Of a stretch of 64,000 nucleotides of DNA, positions 21,201 through 30,935 are shown in pieces. The translations under genes were made by a program, and so were the position numbers. Where the stretch lies: assembly GCA_963813535.1 (NCBI GenBank), contig CAWEZH010000003.1, forward strand, positions 288,001 to 352,000. The letters are read 5' to 3'. This stretch comes from an uncultured Chloroflexia bacterium (GTDB lineage Bacteria; Chloroflexota; Limnocylindria; Limnocylindrales; CSP1-4). The number at the start of each line of letters is the position of its first letter. The stretch's first letter is position 1. The notes below the pieces were generated by a model. It saw only the letters and a program-made list of their open reading frames with translations. It ran no database searches and was not told the origin of the DNA.

Positions 21201-22252
21201 GCGCCGACCCCTTCGACGGCGGCGCCGAGCGGCACCGCGGCAGGTCGCGCCGTCGACGCCCGCATGGCCAGCTCGGTCGGCAGGACCGTGGACGACAGCT
21301 CCTCGCCGCCGAGGACGCGCACTGCCTCGGCGAAGCCGCGACGACCCATCTCGCGCAATGGCAGCCGGACGGTCGAGAGGCTGGGCGACGTGATCGCGGC
21401 CACCGGGACGTCGTCGAAGCCCGCGACGGAGACCTGCCGCGGGACGTCGATGCCCGACTCGGCGAGGCGCGCAAGGGCGCCCATCGCCAGCGGGTCGTTG
21501 GCGCAGGCGACCGCGGTGAACCGTCCCGGACCGCCGAGCAGCGTGTCGATGCCGAGCGCGCCACCATCGCGGTCGAAGCCGGTATGGATCACGAGCCGCT
21601 CGTCGAACGGGATCGCGGCCTCGGCGAGACCGCGGCGATAACCGGCGAGGCGGGCCCGGGCGACGAACAGCGTCGACGGACCGGCGAGGAACGCGATCTC
21701 GCGATGGCCGAGCTCGACGAGCGCCGCGATCATGCGCGCCATCCCGGCCTCGTTATCGACGCCGACGTCGGCGTCGCCGAGCGCATGCGGCGAGAGGTGC
21801 ACCACTGCTGCTCCGTCACTGCGCATCGCGGCGAGGTGCTTCTCGATCTCCTGGTTCGACTCGGGGTCGTCGAGGCCGCTCGCGGCGAAGATCACGCTCG
21901 CCGCACGCATCGATCGCAGCAGCCGTACGTACGACGTCTCGCGTTCGGCGTCACGCTCGGAACTGCAGGTGATGACGAGATACCCGGCCGGCGAGGCGGC
22001 GTCCTCGACGCCGCGCACGACCTCCGCGAAGTACGGGTCGGTGATGTCGTGGACGATCACCGCGACGACCGGGATCTGGCTCTTGAGCAGCCCACGCGCG
22101 AGCGCGTTCGGCACGTAGTCAAGGGCACGGGCGGCATCTAGCACCCGCTCCCGCGTCGCCGCGCTGACCGGGTAATCGGCCGACGAGACCACGCGCGACG
22201 CGGTCGCCGTCGAGACGCCCGCCAGACGGGCGACCTCGGTGATCGATGCCAT
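21197..22252 (-). CDS. LacI family transcriptional regulator
   Basis: SITEVARLAGVSTATASRV...YVPNALARGL, sugar-binding domain VAGFDD, LSTV. Confidence 0.93.
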   Translation of the reverse strand: MASITEVARLAGVSTATASRVVSSADYPVSAATRERVLDAARALDYVPNALARGLLKSQIPVVAVIVHDITDPYFAEVVRGVEDAASPAGYLVITCSSERDAERETSYVRLLRSMRAASVIFAASGLDDPESNQEIEKHLAAMRSDGAAVVHLSPHALGDADVGVDNEAGMARMIAALVELGHREIAFLAGPSTLFVARARLAGYRRGLAEAAIPFDERLVIHTGFDRDGGALGIDTLLGGPGRFTAVACANDPLAMGALARLAESGIDVPRQVSVAGFDDVPVAAITSPSLSTVRLPLREMGRRGFAEAVRVLGGEELSSTVLPTELAMRASTARPAAVPLGAAVEGVGA

Positions 22253-23730
22253 CAGAACGGGAAGGTCGGTGGTTCGTCGCGCACCGTGACCCACTGCCAC
22301 TCGGTGAAGTTGTCGAGGTTCGCCTCGCCGCCGTAGCGGCTGCCGTTGCCCGACATCCCCGTCCCGCCGAACGGGATCGTCGCCTCGTCGTTGAGCGTGC
22401 CGTCGTTGACGTGGACCATCCCGGCCTTGATGCGGTTGGCGACCGACAATCCGCGCGAGATCGACCTCGAATAGACCGCGCCGACGAGTCCGTACTCGCT
22501 GTTGTTGGCCAGGGCAAGCGCCTCCTCGTCCGTCCGGAAGGTCGTGACCGGCGCGACCGGTCCGAAGATCTCGTCCGTCCAGGCCGGCAGATCCTGGGTC
22601 ACGTCGGCGAGCACCGTCGGCTGGTAGAAGAGGCCCTCGTGCGTGCCTCCCGTCACAAGGCGAGCCCCGCCCTGGACCGACCGCTGGACGATGTCGTCGA
22701 CGCGTCGGATCTGCTTCTCGTTGACGATCGGGCCGAGCTGGACGTCCTCGCGGTACGGGTCGCCCATCCGCAGCTTCTGTGCCTTGTCGCGCAACGCATC
22801 GACGTACTCGCCGGCGATGCTCTCGTGGACGATGTGCCGGCCGGCCGCGAAACAGACCTGGCCCTGGAACTGGAACGACGAGAACGCGCCGGCGGCCGTC
22901 GCGGCGTCGAGATCAGCGTCGTCGAGCACGATGAAGGCGTTGTTGCCACCGAGCTCGAGCGACACCTTCTTCAGCCGTGCGCCCGCGAGCTCGCCGACCC
23001 GCCGGCCCGCGGCGGTCGAACCCGTGAACGACACGATGTTGACGTTCGGATCCGTGACGAGCGCCTCGCCGACGTCGGCGCCGCCGACGACGATCTGGAG
23101 CAGGCCGTCCGGCAGCCCCGCCTCGCGGAAGACCGCCTCGAACATGGCGCCACCGATGACCGGCGTCTGGGGATCAGGCTTGAGGACGACGGCATTGCCG
23201 AGGGCGAGTGCCGGCGCGACGACCCGCATCCCAAGCACGCTCGGTGAGTTCCACGGCGTGATCGCACCGACGACCCCGATCGGGATCCGCCGGACCATCG
23301 ACAGGCGGCCCTTCACGGCGGTCGGTACGAGCGAGCCGTAGGGCTGCCACGGCAGCGTCGCGGCGCTCAGGATCTCGCCGTACGCGAAGTTCGACTCGTG
23401 GTGCATCTTGCTGTGCGACGCGCCGGTCTCCCGCATCGTCCACGTCCCGAATTCCTCGCGGTTGGCCTCGTAGATGTCGGCGGCCTTGCGCAGGATGCGC
23501 GCGCGTTCCTGGAACGATGTCTCGGCCCACACCGGCTGAGCCTCCTTGGCCGCGGCGGCAGCCCGGGCCACGTCGTCCGTGGTGGAGCCGCGGACCGTGG
23601 CGATCAGCCGGCCCGTCGCGGGCTCGTGGTCCTCGACCGGGGCTCCGGTCCCCGGCTCCCAGGTCTCGACGAACGAGCCGAGCCAGCCCGCTGCCGATGA
23701 CTCTGTGGTGTCAGGTGCGATCGCGGCCAT
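22252..23730 (-). CDS. Aldehyde dehydrogenase (benzaldehyde/vanillin dehydrogenase-like)
   Basis: ITPWN, LKPD, FTGST, LELGGNN, GQVC, EIFGPV; RBS AAGGAGG. Confidence 0.93.
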   Translation of the reverse strand: MAAIAPDTTESSAAGWLGSFVETWEPGTGAPVEDHEPATGRLIATVRGSTTDDVARAAAAAKEAQPVWAETSFQERARILRKAADIYEANREEFGTWTMRETGASHSKMHHESNFAYGEILSAATLPWQPYGSLVPTAVKGRLSMVRRIPIGVVGAITPWNSPSVLGMRVVAPALALGNAVVLKPDPQTPVIGGAMFEAVFREAGLPDGLLQIVVGGADVGEALVTDPNVNIVSFTGSTAAGRRVGELAGARLKKVSLELGGNNAFIVLDDADLDAATAAGAFSSFQFQGQVCFAAGRHIVHESIAGEYVDALRDKAQKLRMGDPYREDVQLGPIVNEKQIRRVDDIVQRSVQGGARLVTGGTHEGLFYQPTVLADVTQDLPAWTDEIFGPVAPVTTFRTDEEALALANNSEYGLVGAVYSRSISRGLSVANRIKAGMVHVNDGTLNDEATIPFGGTGMSGNGSRYGGEANLDNFTEWQWVTVRDEPPTFPF

Positions 23731-24298
23731 CTCGTCCTCCTTCGGGCGACTCCCTGTCACCCGACCAGCGTTCTGCGTAGGTGCGCGGCGCATCCGTCGC
23801 GACGGCCCGATGACCGGTCGACGGGTCACGCCAGACCGGGCCGCGAGCCACCACGGCGTCGATCAGTCCTTCCTCGAGGTAGGCGGGGTACTCCCACGAG
23901 CGCAGCTCGAGCGCCATCTGGCCCGGATAGCCGATGAGCTCCCGCACGCGCTTGTCGGTGTAGTAGCCACCGACGATCGTCAGCTGGAGCGCGGCAAGGT
24001 TGGTCGGCTCATCGGCGAGGGCGGTGAGGCGCTTCCCAACGTCGGCGCCGAGGTCCGGCCGCAGAGCCGCCTTCAGCGGCTCCGCCAGGTCGGGGCGTGC
24101 GCGAACGACGAATGCGAGGCGATCGTCGGTCAGGATATCCGCCGCCGACGGCATGTCGTCCGCGGCCGGGATGAAGTGGTCGGCGATCGCCGCGAGCGTG
24201 GCGCGCTCCCCATCGTCGAGGCTGGTCGAGGCTGCCGTCTCGGTCGTGGCCGGCATCCCGCCCTCGAGGTCGGTCGGGGCGCCGGTCTCCTGCGTCAT
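23711..24298 (-). CDS. Gluconate 2-dehydrogenase subunit 3-like small subunit of the GMC oxidoreductase
   Basis: ERATLAAIADHFIPA..MPSA and GGYY....IGYPG patterns; coupled to the GMC gene. Confidence 0.7.
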   Translation of the reverse strand: MTQETGAPTDLEGGMPATTETAASTSLDDGERATLAAIADHFIPAADDMPSAADILTDDRLAFVVRARPDLAEPLKAALRPDLGADVGKRLTALADEPTNLAALQLTIVGGYYTDKRVRELIGYPGQMALELRSWEYPAYLEEGLIDAVVARGPVWRDPSTGHRAVATDAPRTYAERWSGDRESPEGGRDGRDRT

Positions 24299-25908
24299 AC
24301 GGGCACCTGCTGCTCGAAGCGCGTTTCGACCATGTGATCGGCGGCGCGCAGGGCGATCGACACGATCGTCGACGTCGGGTTCACCCCCGACGACGTGACG
24401 AAGGACGAGCCGTCGACGACGTAGAGATTCGGGACATCGTGCGCGCGGTTCCAGCGGTCCAGGACGGACGTCTTCGCGTCGTTGCCCATCCGGGCGGTCC
24501 CGAGCAGGTGCCAGCCCGAATAGCGCATCAGCCGGTCGACCTCGATCTTGTACGCGCCGGCCGCCTCCATCGATTCCTTCGCGCGCTCGATGTGGAAGTC
24601 GAGCATCCGGCGCGCGTTGTCGGCCATCGTGTAGTGGACTTCGGGGGCCGGGATCCCGGACGTGTCGGTGACCGTCGACGAGATCGTGATGTGGTTGGCC
24701 TCGTCGGGCAGGTCTTCGGCGAAGAGGCCCCAGTTCGCACCGTGTCCCAGATGCGTCCGGACATGGGCGTGGTGGTCGGCGCCCCAGATCTGCTCGCCGG
24801 CGCGGCTCGGGAGCGCGGTGTTGATCGGACCACCGGTCGGGGCGAGGCCCCAGCGCGCGCCGCGGACGAAGCCGCGCTTCTCGTCGGTCTCGTAGAACTC
24901 GAGCGACTCGATGAGGTCGCCGAACTGGCCCTGCCAGCTCATCAGCGGGTCCTCGAACAGCCCGGCCACATTGGCGAACGGATGCATCATCAGCCGCTTC
25001 CCGACGAGACCGGATGAGTTGGCGAGGCCGTCGGGGTGAGCCGGGGACGAAGAGAGCAGCAGCAGCCGGGGCGTGCCGATGGCGTTGGCCGCGACGACGA
25101 CGACCTTCGCCCGCTGGAAGTGCTCGGCACCGTCGCGGTCGATCCAGGTGGCGCCCGTGGCGAGTCCCTTTGTATCTGTCTCGATGCGCCGGACACGTGC
25201 GCCGGTCACCAGGCGTGCGCCCTTCGCGATCGCCTTCGGCCAATGGGTCAGGTCGGTCGACGCCTTGGCGCCCTCGTTGCAGCCCGACTGGCAGGTACTC
25301 CGCTGCACGCACGGCCGGCGGCCGTCGTAGGCGACCGAGTTGATCGAGTTGAACTCCGGCCACCAGTGCCAGCCGAGCTTGGACATGCCTCGGGCGACCT
25401 TGAGGCCGGCCGAGCCGATCGGCAGCGGCGGCATCGGCGCGTCCTCGGTATCGGGCGGGTACGCCGGGTCGCCGGGCAGGCCGGACACACCGAAGTCGCG
25501 GTCGGTCCGGTAGAAGTACGGCAGGAGCTCGAAGTAGTCGATCGGCCAGTCGTCGGCGACGCCGTCGAGCGAGCGGACGCGGAAGTCGGACGGCAGTGCG
25601 CGCGGCCAGGCGCCGGCGAAGATGATCGTCGACCCGCCGACGGCGTTGTACATCAGCGGTGAGACCGGCGTGTCCTCCTCGACGATCGGGTAGTCCTGGG
25701 CGAGGCCGCGGATGTTGGGGCTGGTCGCCCAGTCCTTGCGCGCCTTGAGCTCCCAATCGAGCTTGTTGCCCGGGTAGTCGGCGCGGTCGAGCCACTCTCC
25801 TTGCTCGAGACACACGACGCCGAAGCCGGCTTCCGAAAGGCGCTTCGCGACCACCCCGCCGGACGCGCCGGCACCGATGATCAGGACGTCCGCGGGCTCC
25901 TCGGCCAT
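24295..25908 (-). CDS. GMC family FAD oxidoreductase
   Basis: IIGAGASG, GGSTI, CVQRSTCQSGC cysteine cluster, GTPRLLLLS, HLLGTARMG, VNPT. Confidence 0.92.
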   Translation of the reverse strand: MAEEPADVLIIGAGASGGVVAKRLSEAGFGVVCLEQGEWLDRADYPGNKLDWELKARKDWATSPNIRGLAQDYPIVEEDTPVSPLMYNAVGGSTIIFAGAWPRALPSDFRVRSLDGVADDWPIDYFELLPYFYRTDRDFGVSGLPGDPAYPPDTEDAPMPPLPIGSAGLKVARGMSKLGWHWWPEFNSINSVAYDGRRPCVQRSTCQSGCNEGAKASTDLTHWPKAIAKGARLVTGARVRRIETDTKGLATGATWIDRDGAEHFQRAKVVVVAANAIGTPRLLLLSSSPAHPDGLANSSGLVGKRLMMHPFANVAGLFEDPLMSWQGQFGDLIESLEFYETDEKRGFVRGARWGLAPTGGPINTALPSRAGEQIWGADHHAHVRTHLGHGANWGLFAEDLPDEANHITISSTVTDTSGIPAPEVHYTMADNARRMLDFHIERAKESMEAAGAYKIEVDRLMRYSGWHLLGTARMGNDAKTSVLDRWNRAHDVPNLYVVDGSSFVTSSGVNPTSTIVSIALRAADHMVETRFEQQVPV

Positions 25909-25933
25909 TGCTCCTCCTCCAGTGCCGGGCGGA

Positions 25934-26869
25934 TCAGACGAGCGCGGGGGCGCTGGCCGGCGAGAGCAGGCCGACCTCCTTCAGGACGGCGGTGAGGTGC
26001 TCGCGCTCGGCGTCGGAGATCGGCAGGAGCGGCTGCCGGACGGTCGCAGACTCGAGCACGCCGAGGATGCGCAGGCACTCCTTGAGCCGGACGCGATAGT
26101 CGCCGACCGGCGCTGCGAACACGACGTCGGCCAGCCGCTGGACGCGCCTGCCGAGCGCCATCGCGTCGTCGGTCCGGCCTTCCTGCCAGGCCCGGATCAT
26201 GTCGACCTGCTCGCGGGTCATCACCGCGCCGAAGCCGATGAGGGCACCGGTGGCGCCGAGCAGGAACGACTCGAGGATGAAGTTGTCGTTGCCGGTCAGC
26301 AGCGTGATCTTCTTCGGGAGTTGCTCGAGGAGGCGGGCGGTGTCGACGAAGCGGCGAGCGTCGAACGATGCCTCCTTGATGGCGACCACGCCATCGACCA
26401 GCGCCATCGCCTCCAGAACGTCGTCCTCGAAGTTGACGCCGGCCAAGGCCGGCTGGAGCTGGAACAGGATCAACGGCAGCCCGACCTCGGCGATCGCGGT
26501 GTGGTAGGCGACGGGAACCGCCGGATCCAGCGGGGAGCTCAGGTATGCCGGGATCGGAAAGACCAGCAGGGCGTCGGCGCCCGCGTCCTTGAAGTCGCGT
26601 GCCTGGCGGACCGCGGCGTCGGTCGAGGGACCGGCGAGCCCGGCGACGATCGGGGTGTCCGTCACGTCGCGGACGACCTTGATGATGCGGACCTTCTCGT
26701 CGTGGGTGAGGTGCGGTCCTTCGCCGGTATCGACGTTGATCGCCAGGGCGACGGGCCCTTGCTCGACCACCCAGCTGATGTACGTCCGCAGGGCGGGTTC
26801 GTCGATGCTGCCGTCGCCGTGCATCGGCAGGACGGTGGCCGGGATGAGGCCGTCGAGGTTCAGCGTCAT
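25934..26869 (-). CDS. Dihydrodipicolinate synthase/NAL family aldolase or dehydratase
   Basis: GLIPATVLP, TGEG, Schiff-base Lys in AIKEAS, LTGND. Confidence 0.88.
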   Translation of the reverse strand: MTLNLDGLIPATVLPMHGDGSIDEPALRTYISWVVEQGPVALAINVDTGEGPHLTHDEKVRIIKVVRDVTDTPIVAGLAGPSTDAAVRQARDFKDAGADALLVFPIPAYLSSPLDPAVPVAYHTAIAEVGLPLILFQLQPALAGVNFEDDVLEAMALVDGVVAIKEASFDARRFVDTARLLEQLPKKITLLTGNDNFILESFLLGATGALIGFGAVMTREQVDMIRAWQEGRTDDAMALGRRVQRLADVVFAAPVGDYRVRLKECLRILGVLESATVRQPLLPISDAEREHLTAVLKEVGLLSPASAPALV

Positions 26870-26984
26870 GCCGCTCTCCGTGCTCTGGTTCCGGGGTTGG
26901 AGCGCGTGACGGGGCGCGAGACCGTAGCCTACAGCAAACCTTCTCTGTGCGCGCGCGGCACACGCCAGCGGCGCGGCGGCGACA

Positions 26985-27779
26985 ATGGGCCGATGTCACA
27001 GACTCGAGATGTTCAGCCTGAAGGACCGCGTCGCCCTGATCCCGGGCGGTGGCGGAGGCATCGGCGCGCCGATGGCCGAGGCACTCGCGCAAGCCGGCGC
27101 GCGCGTCGCCGTCGCGGGACGCACGGCCGAAGCACTCCAGGCGGCGGTCGATCTCGTGACCGGGGCAGGCTCCGAGGGCCTCGCCATCACCGGCGACGCG
27201 ACCAGCGAAGACGATGCCGAGCGGATGGTCCGAGAGACCATCGACCGCTTCGGCCGCATCGACATCGTCGTCAACGCCGTCGGCGGTGGGGCCGGCAAGG
27301 TGCTCCACCCGGCTGAGGAGTACCCACGCGACGCGTGGGATTGGATCATGGAGCTCAACGTCCGCAGCACCCTCATCCCGACGCAGGCGGCAGCCCGCGC
27401 GATGATCGCGGCAGGTCACGGTGGCGCGATCCTGAACATCACCTCGGTACGCGCCGTGCTCGGCATCAACGCGGGCTACTCGGCCTATGTCGCGGCGAAG
27501 GGCGCCATCGCCTCGCTGACCCGGCAGTGGGCGACGGAGTGGGCGAAGCACGGCATTCGCGTCAACGCGATCATGCCGACCTTCGTCGACACGCCACAGG
27601 TGGCGATGCTCCTCGGCGACCCGGCGTTCAAGGCGGGCATCGTGAATCGGATCCCGCTCGGACGCGTGGGCGAGACTCGCGACATCGTCGGACCGGCCAT
27701 CTTCCTGGTGTCCGATGCGGCCTCGTTCGTTACGGGGCAGGTGCTCGGCATCGACGGCGGCCTGACCGCCACCCAGTAG
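26985..27779 (+). CDS. SDR family oxidoreductase (gluconate 5-dehydrogenase-like); start uncertain (26993 or 27009)
   Basis: PGGGGGIG, YVAAK, NAIMP, RIPLGR. Confidence 0.9.
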   Translation: MGRCHRLEMFSLKDRVALIPGGGGGIGAPMAEALAQAGARVAVAGRTAEALQAAVDLVTGAGSEGLAITGDATSEDDAERMVRETIDRFGRIDIVVNAVGGGAGKVLHPAEEYPRDAWDWIMELNVRSTLIPTQAAARAMIAAGHGGAILNITSVRAVLGINAGYSAYVAAKGAIASLTRQWATEWAKHGIRVNAIMPTFVDTPQVAMLLGDPAFKAGIVNRIPLGRVGETRDIVGPAIFLVSDAASFVTGQVLGIDGGLTATQ

Positions 27780-27791
27780 CCACGTCATCCC

Positions 27792-28713
27792 ATGACCACC
27801 ACGGAGTCGCGAATGCCGTCCGCCACCATCGAGATGGAGCAGGTCACCCCGAACGTCTTCACCAACACGAAGCTGCGGGGCTGCAACCCGAGCTTCGTGG
27901 TGACCTCGGACGGCGTCGTGGTGATCGACACGCCGCAACTCCCGACGAAGGCCGTCGCGATGCGCGCCGCAGCGGAACAGCACGGGCCGATCCGCTACCT
28001 GATCAACACGGAGAACCACGTCGACCACATCTTCGGGAACTACTGGTTTCGCGGCGCCGGCGAGGTCGTGAACCACAAAGCGCTGTGGGACATCTTCATG
28101 GACCCGAAGGCGGCGCTCGACCCGTTCGACTACGCGCTCGAGGCGATCCCGACCGACGACCCCGAGGCCGCACCCCTGATCCCCGATCGCGACGAGTACT
28201 ACGCGGACCTGCCGCGCGGGACCGTGGTGTTCACCGGCGACCTATTGAAGCTGCAAGGTGGGCGACCACACGATCGATTGCCACTGGACGCCCGGGCACA
28301 CCCCGGGACAGCTGGCGGTCCACGTCCCGGAGGAACGGGTCGTGTTCACCGGCGACACGATCTTCTCGGGCGTCCAGACATGGCTGATGACCTCGAACGT
28401 CGACCAGTGGCTCGAGGCGCTCGAGACGATCCGGGCGTTGGACGTCGATCACGTCGTGCCGGGTCATGGACCCGTGGTCGGGCTTGACTACATCCAGACC
28501 CAGCGCGCGCACCTGATGGCCTGGAAGGCGGCCGTGGCCGACGCCGTCGCGAAGGGCTGGTCGCGCGAGGAGACGATCGCCAAGGTCCGTTTCGACGACG
28601 CCTTCGGCCCGGTCGACGTCGGGCAGGCGTACATGATGGATCACATCCAGAACAACAACGCCGGGTCGCTCTGGGACAAGCTCACCGCGACGGGATACGA
28701 AAAGGGGCGCTAG
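27792..28713 (+). CDS. MBL-fold metallo-hydrolase (cyclase-like), frameshift near 28250
   Basis: VVIDTP, NTENHVDH, PGHTPG, FTGDT, VPGHG. Confidence 0.85.
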
Positions 28714-28871
28714 ACCGTCGAGCGAGATCACGCATTGGCACCGCGAGGTCGTATCGTCCGCGCGGATGAAGCTCCTGGATGCGACACAGGCTCGATCACA
28801 TCGATCCGCGTCACCCGGTTGCGACTATCTAGCCGCGCGAGCGCCCTCGATGGAGCGTGCCAGAATGCGCC

Positions 28872-29786
28872 ATGAGCCCGGTGCTCAGGTTCCAGGTCCT
28901 GTGCCTGCCCAATGTCCCATGGGACGTCCTGAAACAGCGGTTCGTCCGTCTCGACGAGCTCGGGATCGAGGTGGCGGCGCTACCGGATCATTTCGTCGAC
29001 TGGACCAACCCGCCGAGTCCGTGGTTCGAGTCCTGGACGGCACTCACTGGGTTGGCATCCGCCACGACGTCCATCCGACTCAGCAGCTGCGTTACGCAGA
29101 TCCCATTCCGGAACCCGGCGCTGTTCGCTCGCCAAGCCCTGACGCTCGATCACATCTCGCATGGCCGACTCGAGATCGGGCTGGGGACGGGCCTCGTGCA
29201 CGACCCGTCGTACGGCATGATCGGCATCCCCGACTGGGAGCCGAAGGAACGCGTCGCCAGGCTCGCGGAATATATCGAGATCGTCGATCGCCTCCTGCGC
29301 GACGAGGTGACATCGTTCGCGGGTGACTTCTACCAGGTAGCTGGGGCGATCATGAATCCCCGTCCGGTCCAGTCGCCGCGGCCGCCGATCATGGTCGGGG
29401 CGCTTGGGCCGGTGATGATGCGCCACGCAGCCCGGTACGCGGACACCTGGAACAGCCTGTCGTTCCATGAATTGTTCGAGGACCAGGTGGACGAGACACG
29501 TCGACGTGCGACGCTGATGGACGAGGTCTGCGCGTCGGTTGGGCGCGAGCCGGCGACGCTGCGACGCTCCTACACCATGTTCGACGCCAAGGCCCGACCC
29601 CGAGGGGGGTCGATCGATTACTTCAATTCGCCGAATCGCTTCGAGGACATGGTGGGTCGGATCATCGAGCTCGGCATGGACGAGATCGGCCTCTACTACC
29701 CGTTGGAAGATCGGCAGGTGGGGACTTTCGAACGGATCGCCACCGACGTCTTGCCACGCCTGCGAGCCAGTGGAGCCGGTGCCTGA
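28872..29786 (+). CDS. LLM class flavin-dependent oxidoreductase
   Basis: PDHF, ESWTAL, RNPALFARQALTLDHISHGRLEIGLGTG, PRPVQ.PRPP. Confidence 0.9.
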   Translation: MSPVLRFQVLCLPNVPWDVLKQRFVRLDELGIEVAALPDHFVDWTNPPSPWFESWTALTGLASATTSIRLSSCVTQIPFRNPALFARQALTLDHISHGRLEIGLGTGLVHDPSYGMIGIPDWEPKERVARLAEYIEIVDRLLRDEVTSFAGDFYQVAGAIMNPRPVQSPRPPIMVGALGPVMMRHAARYADTWNSLSFHELFEDQVDETRRRATLMDEVCASVGREPATLRRSYTMFDAKARPRGGSIDYFNSPNRFEDMVGRIIELGMDEIGLYYPLEDRQVGTFERIATDVLPRLRASGAGA

Positions 29787-30056
29787 ACGTCGGGAAGCCG
29801 TGGCCGAGCATGTCGCGCTCGCCCTACAGATCTGCCTGAGGTTCTCGGAAGCCGACGGGCCAGCGCGACTCGTCGTGCGAGGCGGCTTTTCGAAACGCAC
29901 GTGACCGGATCTTCAACGCCAGCGCGAGTGATGGACCGGGTGACATTCCCAAACACTGAGCCACTCGGCGTTGATGTGCCTCCCCACGAGGCAACTGCCG
30001 CCGAACGCACGATCTTCTGTGTTCGGATGACTGATGCGCGCCAGTACGCTACCCAT

Positions 30057-30935
30057 ATGGAGTCTGACGAGATCTGGCTGACTGAGTCGCTGTACGACGA
30101 CGTGCGGATGTCGATCAAGGTGGATCGGGTGCTGTTCGACAGCCAGACCGAGCATCAACATCTGGTCGTCGCGGAAAGCAAGCGGTTCGGGCGCATGTTC
30201 ACGCTCGATGGCGTCACGCAGCTGACGATGGCCGACGAGTTCGTCTACCACGAGATGCTGGCGCACGTCCCGATCCTTGCCCACGGCGCGGCGCGCGACA
30301 TCGGGATCGTCGGTGGCGGCGACGGCGGGCTCGTCGAGGAGGTGCTCAAGCACTCGACGGTCGAGCGAGTGACGATCGCCGAGCTCGACGCCGGCGTCAT
30401 CGATTTCGCCCGGACGCACCTCGCGGATCTGAGCCGCGGGGCGTTCGACGACCCGCGCGTCGAGATCGTGCTCGGCGACGGGGCCGATTTCGTGGCGACG
30501 GTCGACAGGCGGTTCGACGTGATCGTGGTCGACTCGACCGACCCGATCGGTCCGGGTGCGGCCCTATTCACCCCCGAGTTCTATGGGAACTGCAAGCGCG
30601 TACTGCAGCCCGGCGGTGTGCTCGTGACGCAGAACGGTGTCCCGTTCTTCCAGCCCGCGGAGCTCCAGTCGACGATGCGGATCTTCGGTGGGTTGTTCGC
30701 CGACGCGACTTGCTACCTCGGGGTCGTGCCGACCTACGTCGGCGGGTTCATGGCATTCGGCTGGGGCACGGACGACGTAGGGCTCCGGACCGTGCCACTC
30801 ACGACGCTCCGGGAGCGGTTCGATGCGGCTCGCCTCGACACCCGCTACTACACCCCGGAGCTCCACAAGGCCAGCTTCGCCTTGCCGCGGTTCATCGCCT
30901 ACATCGTGGAGGGGGCCCAAGCGGAACAAGGCTGA
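30057..30935 (+). CDS. speE: Polyamine aminopropyltransferase (spermidine synthase)
   Basis: LDGVTQ, YHEMLAH, GGGDGG, ELD, GDG, VDSTDPIGPG, PTY motifs. Confidence 0.93.
   Translation: MESDEIWLTESLYDDVRMSIKVDRVLFDSQTEHQHLVVAESKRFGRMFTLDGVTQLTMADEFVYHEMLAHVPILAHGAARDIGIVGGGDGGLVEEVLKHSTVERVTIAELDAGVIDFARTHLADLSRGAFDDPRVEIVLGDGADFVATVDRRFDVIVVDSTDPIGPGAALFTPEFYGNCKRVLQPGGVLVTQNGVPFFQPAELQSTMRIFGGLFADATCYLGVVPTYVGGFMAFGWGTDDVGLRTVPLTTLRERFDAARLDTRYYTPELHKASFALPRFIAYIVEGAQAEQG

Noticed and set aside
14692-25908. Mycofactocin system (creatininase as MftE, GMC as MftG, SDRs)
   Set aside because: No MftA precursor, MftB or radical SAM MftC is visible; these families are generic
26870-26990. LacI operator in the divergent DHDPS/SDR intergenic region
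   Set aside because: Only weak partial dyads (for example GCAAACCTTCTC); not supportable by eye
18874-28076. Very long alternative ORFs (897 aa at 18874-21567, 700 aa at 23711-25813, 731 aa at 25881-28076) as fusion proteins
   Set aside because: The extensions are Arg/Pro-rich off-frame or antisense shadows of real genes, typical of high-GC DNA
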